A stretch of DNA of 64,000 bases. Source: a virus. Location of the stretch: positions 1-64,000 of the IMG/VR virus record IMGVR_UViG_3300007514_000005; one strand, 5' to 3'. Both the position numbers and the translations under genes were made by a program. The notes beneath the pieces are model-generated. The model did no database searches and was not told where the DNA came from. It saw nothing but the letters and a program-made list of their open reading frames with translations. This document shows positions 63,985-64,000 of this stretch, one piece after another (position 1 is the first letter of the stretch; each line of letters starts with the position of its first letter).

Positions 63985-64000
63985 GAACAGAAAAAAATTG

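Larger units (their letters stand above)
1..64000. mobile_element. Tailed archaeal virus genome (magrovirus-like siphovirus), nearly complete
   Basis: Terminase, portal, protease, MCP, tail tube and tape measure occur with archaeal-type replication genes (PolB, PriS/PriL, RFC, PCNA-like, ERCC4, MCM-like), TATA-like promoters and GGTGA-type SD motifs. No cellular housekeeping context. Both window ends share short repeats. Confidence 0.9.

Noticed and set aside
1-64000. Integrated provirus or bacterial phage origin (because of GroEL)
   Set aside because: No integrase, att-like flanks or cellular genes; the replication genes and promoters are archaeal-type.

Overview
The window appears to be most or all of the genome of a tailed archaeal dsDNA virus (Caudoviricetes, siphovirus-like). 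Its gene content best fits the magrovirus type infecting marine Poseidoniales (MGII Euryarchaeota); this is an inference from gene content, not a database result. Layout: (i) a short minus-strand packaging block (metallophosphoesterase, Zn-ribbon microprotein, terminase large subunit, wHTH); (ii) a ~32 kb plus-strand virion module (portal, 1963-aa fibre plus chaperone, prohead protease/scaffold, decoration protein, MCP, second fibre plus chaperone, small membrane proteins, neck, tail tube, -1 frameshifted tail chaperones, tape measure, 2662-aa tail-tip protein); (iii) a minus-strand archaeal-type replication/repair module (ERCC4/XPF nuclease, fused PriS-PriL primase, Cas4-like nuclease, PolB, PCNA-like clamp, RecA-fold ATPase, GroEL/GroES, RPA-like SSB, RFC small subunit, TerS-like protein, truncated MCM-like AAA+, PAC2-like protein); (iv) an early region of small ORFs, Zn-finger microproteins, DUF932 and a Nudix hydrolase. 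I saw no integrase, tRNA, CRISPR array or reverse transcriptase. The most notable unexplained signals are two homologous quasi-palindromic iteron-like elements (~4.8 kb and ~54.9 kb) linked to a dispersed GGCTCGCAGT-N4-CG motif, two structured intergenic elements sharing a GTGGGGG(G)AGTGGCT 5' arm, a coupled wHTH / PAC2-like / truncated MCM-like / TerS-like operon, two promoter classes, an early-region operator-like repeat and five paralogous wHTH genes.
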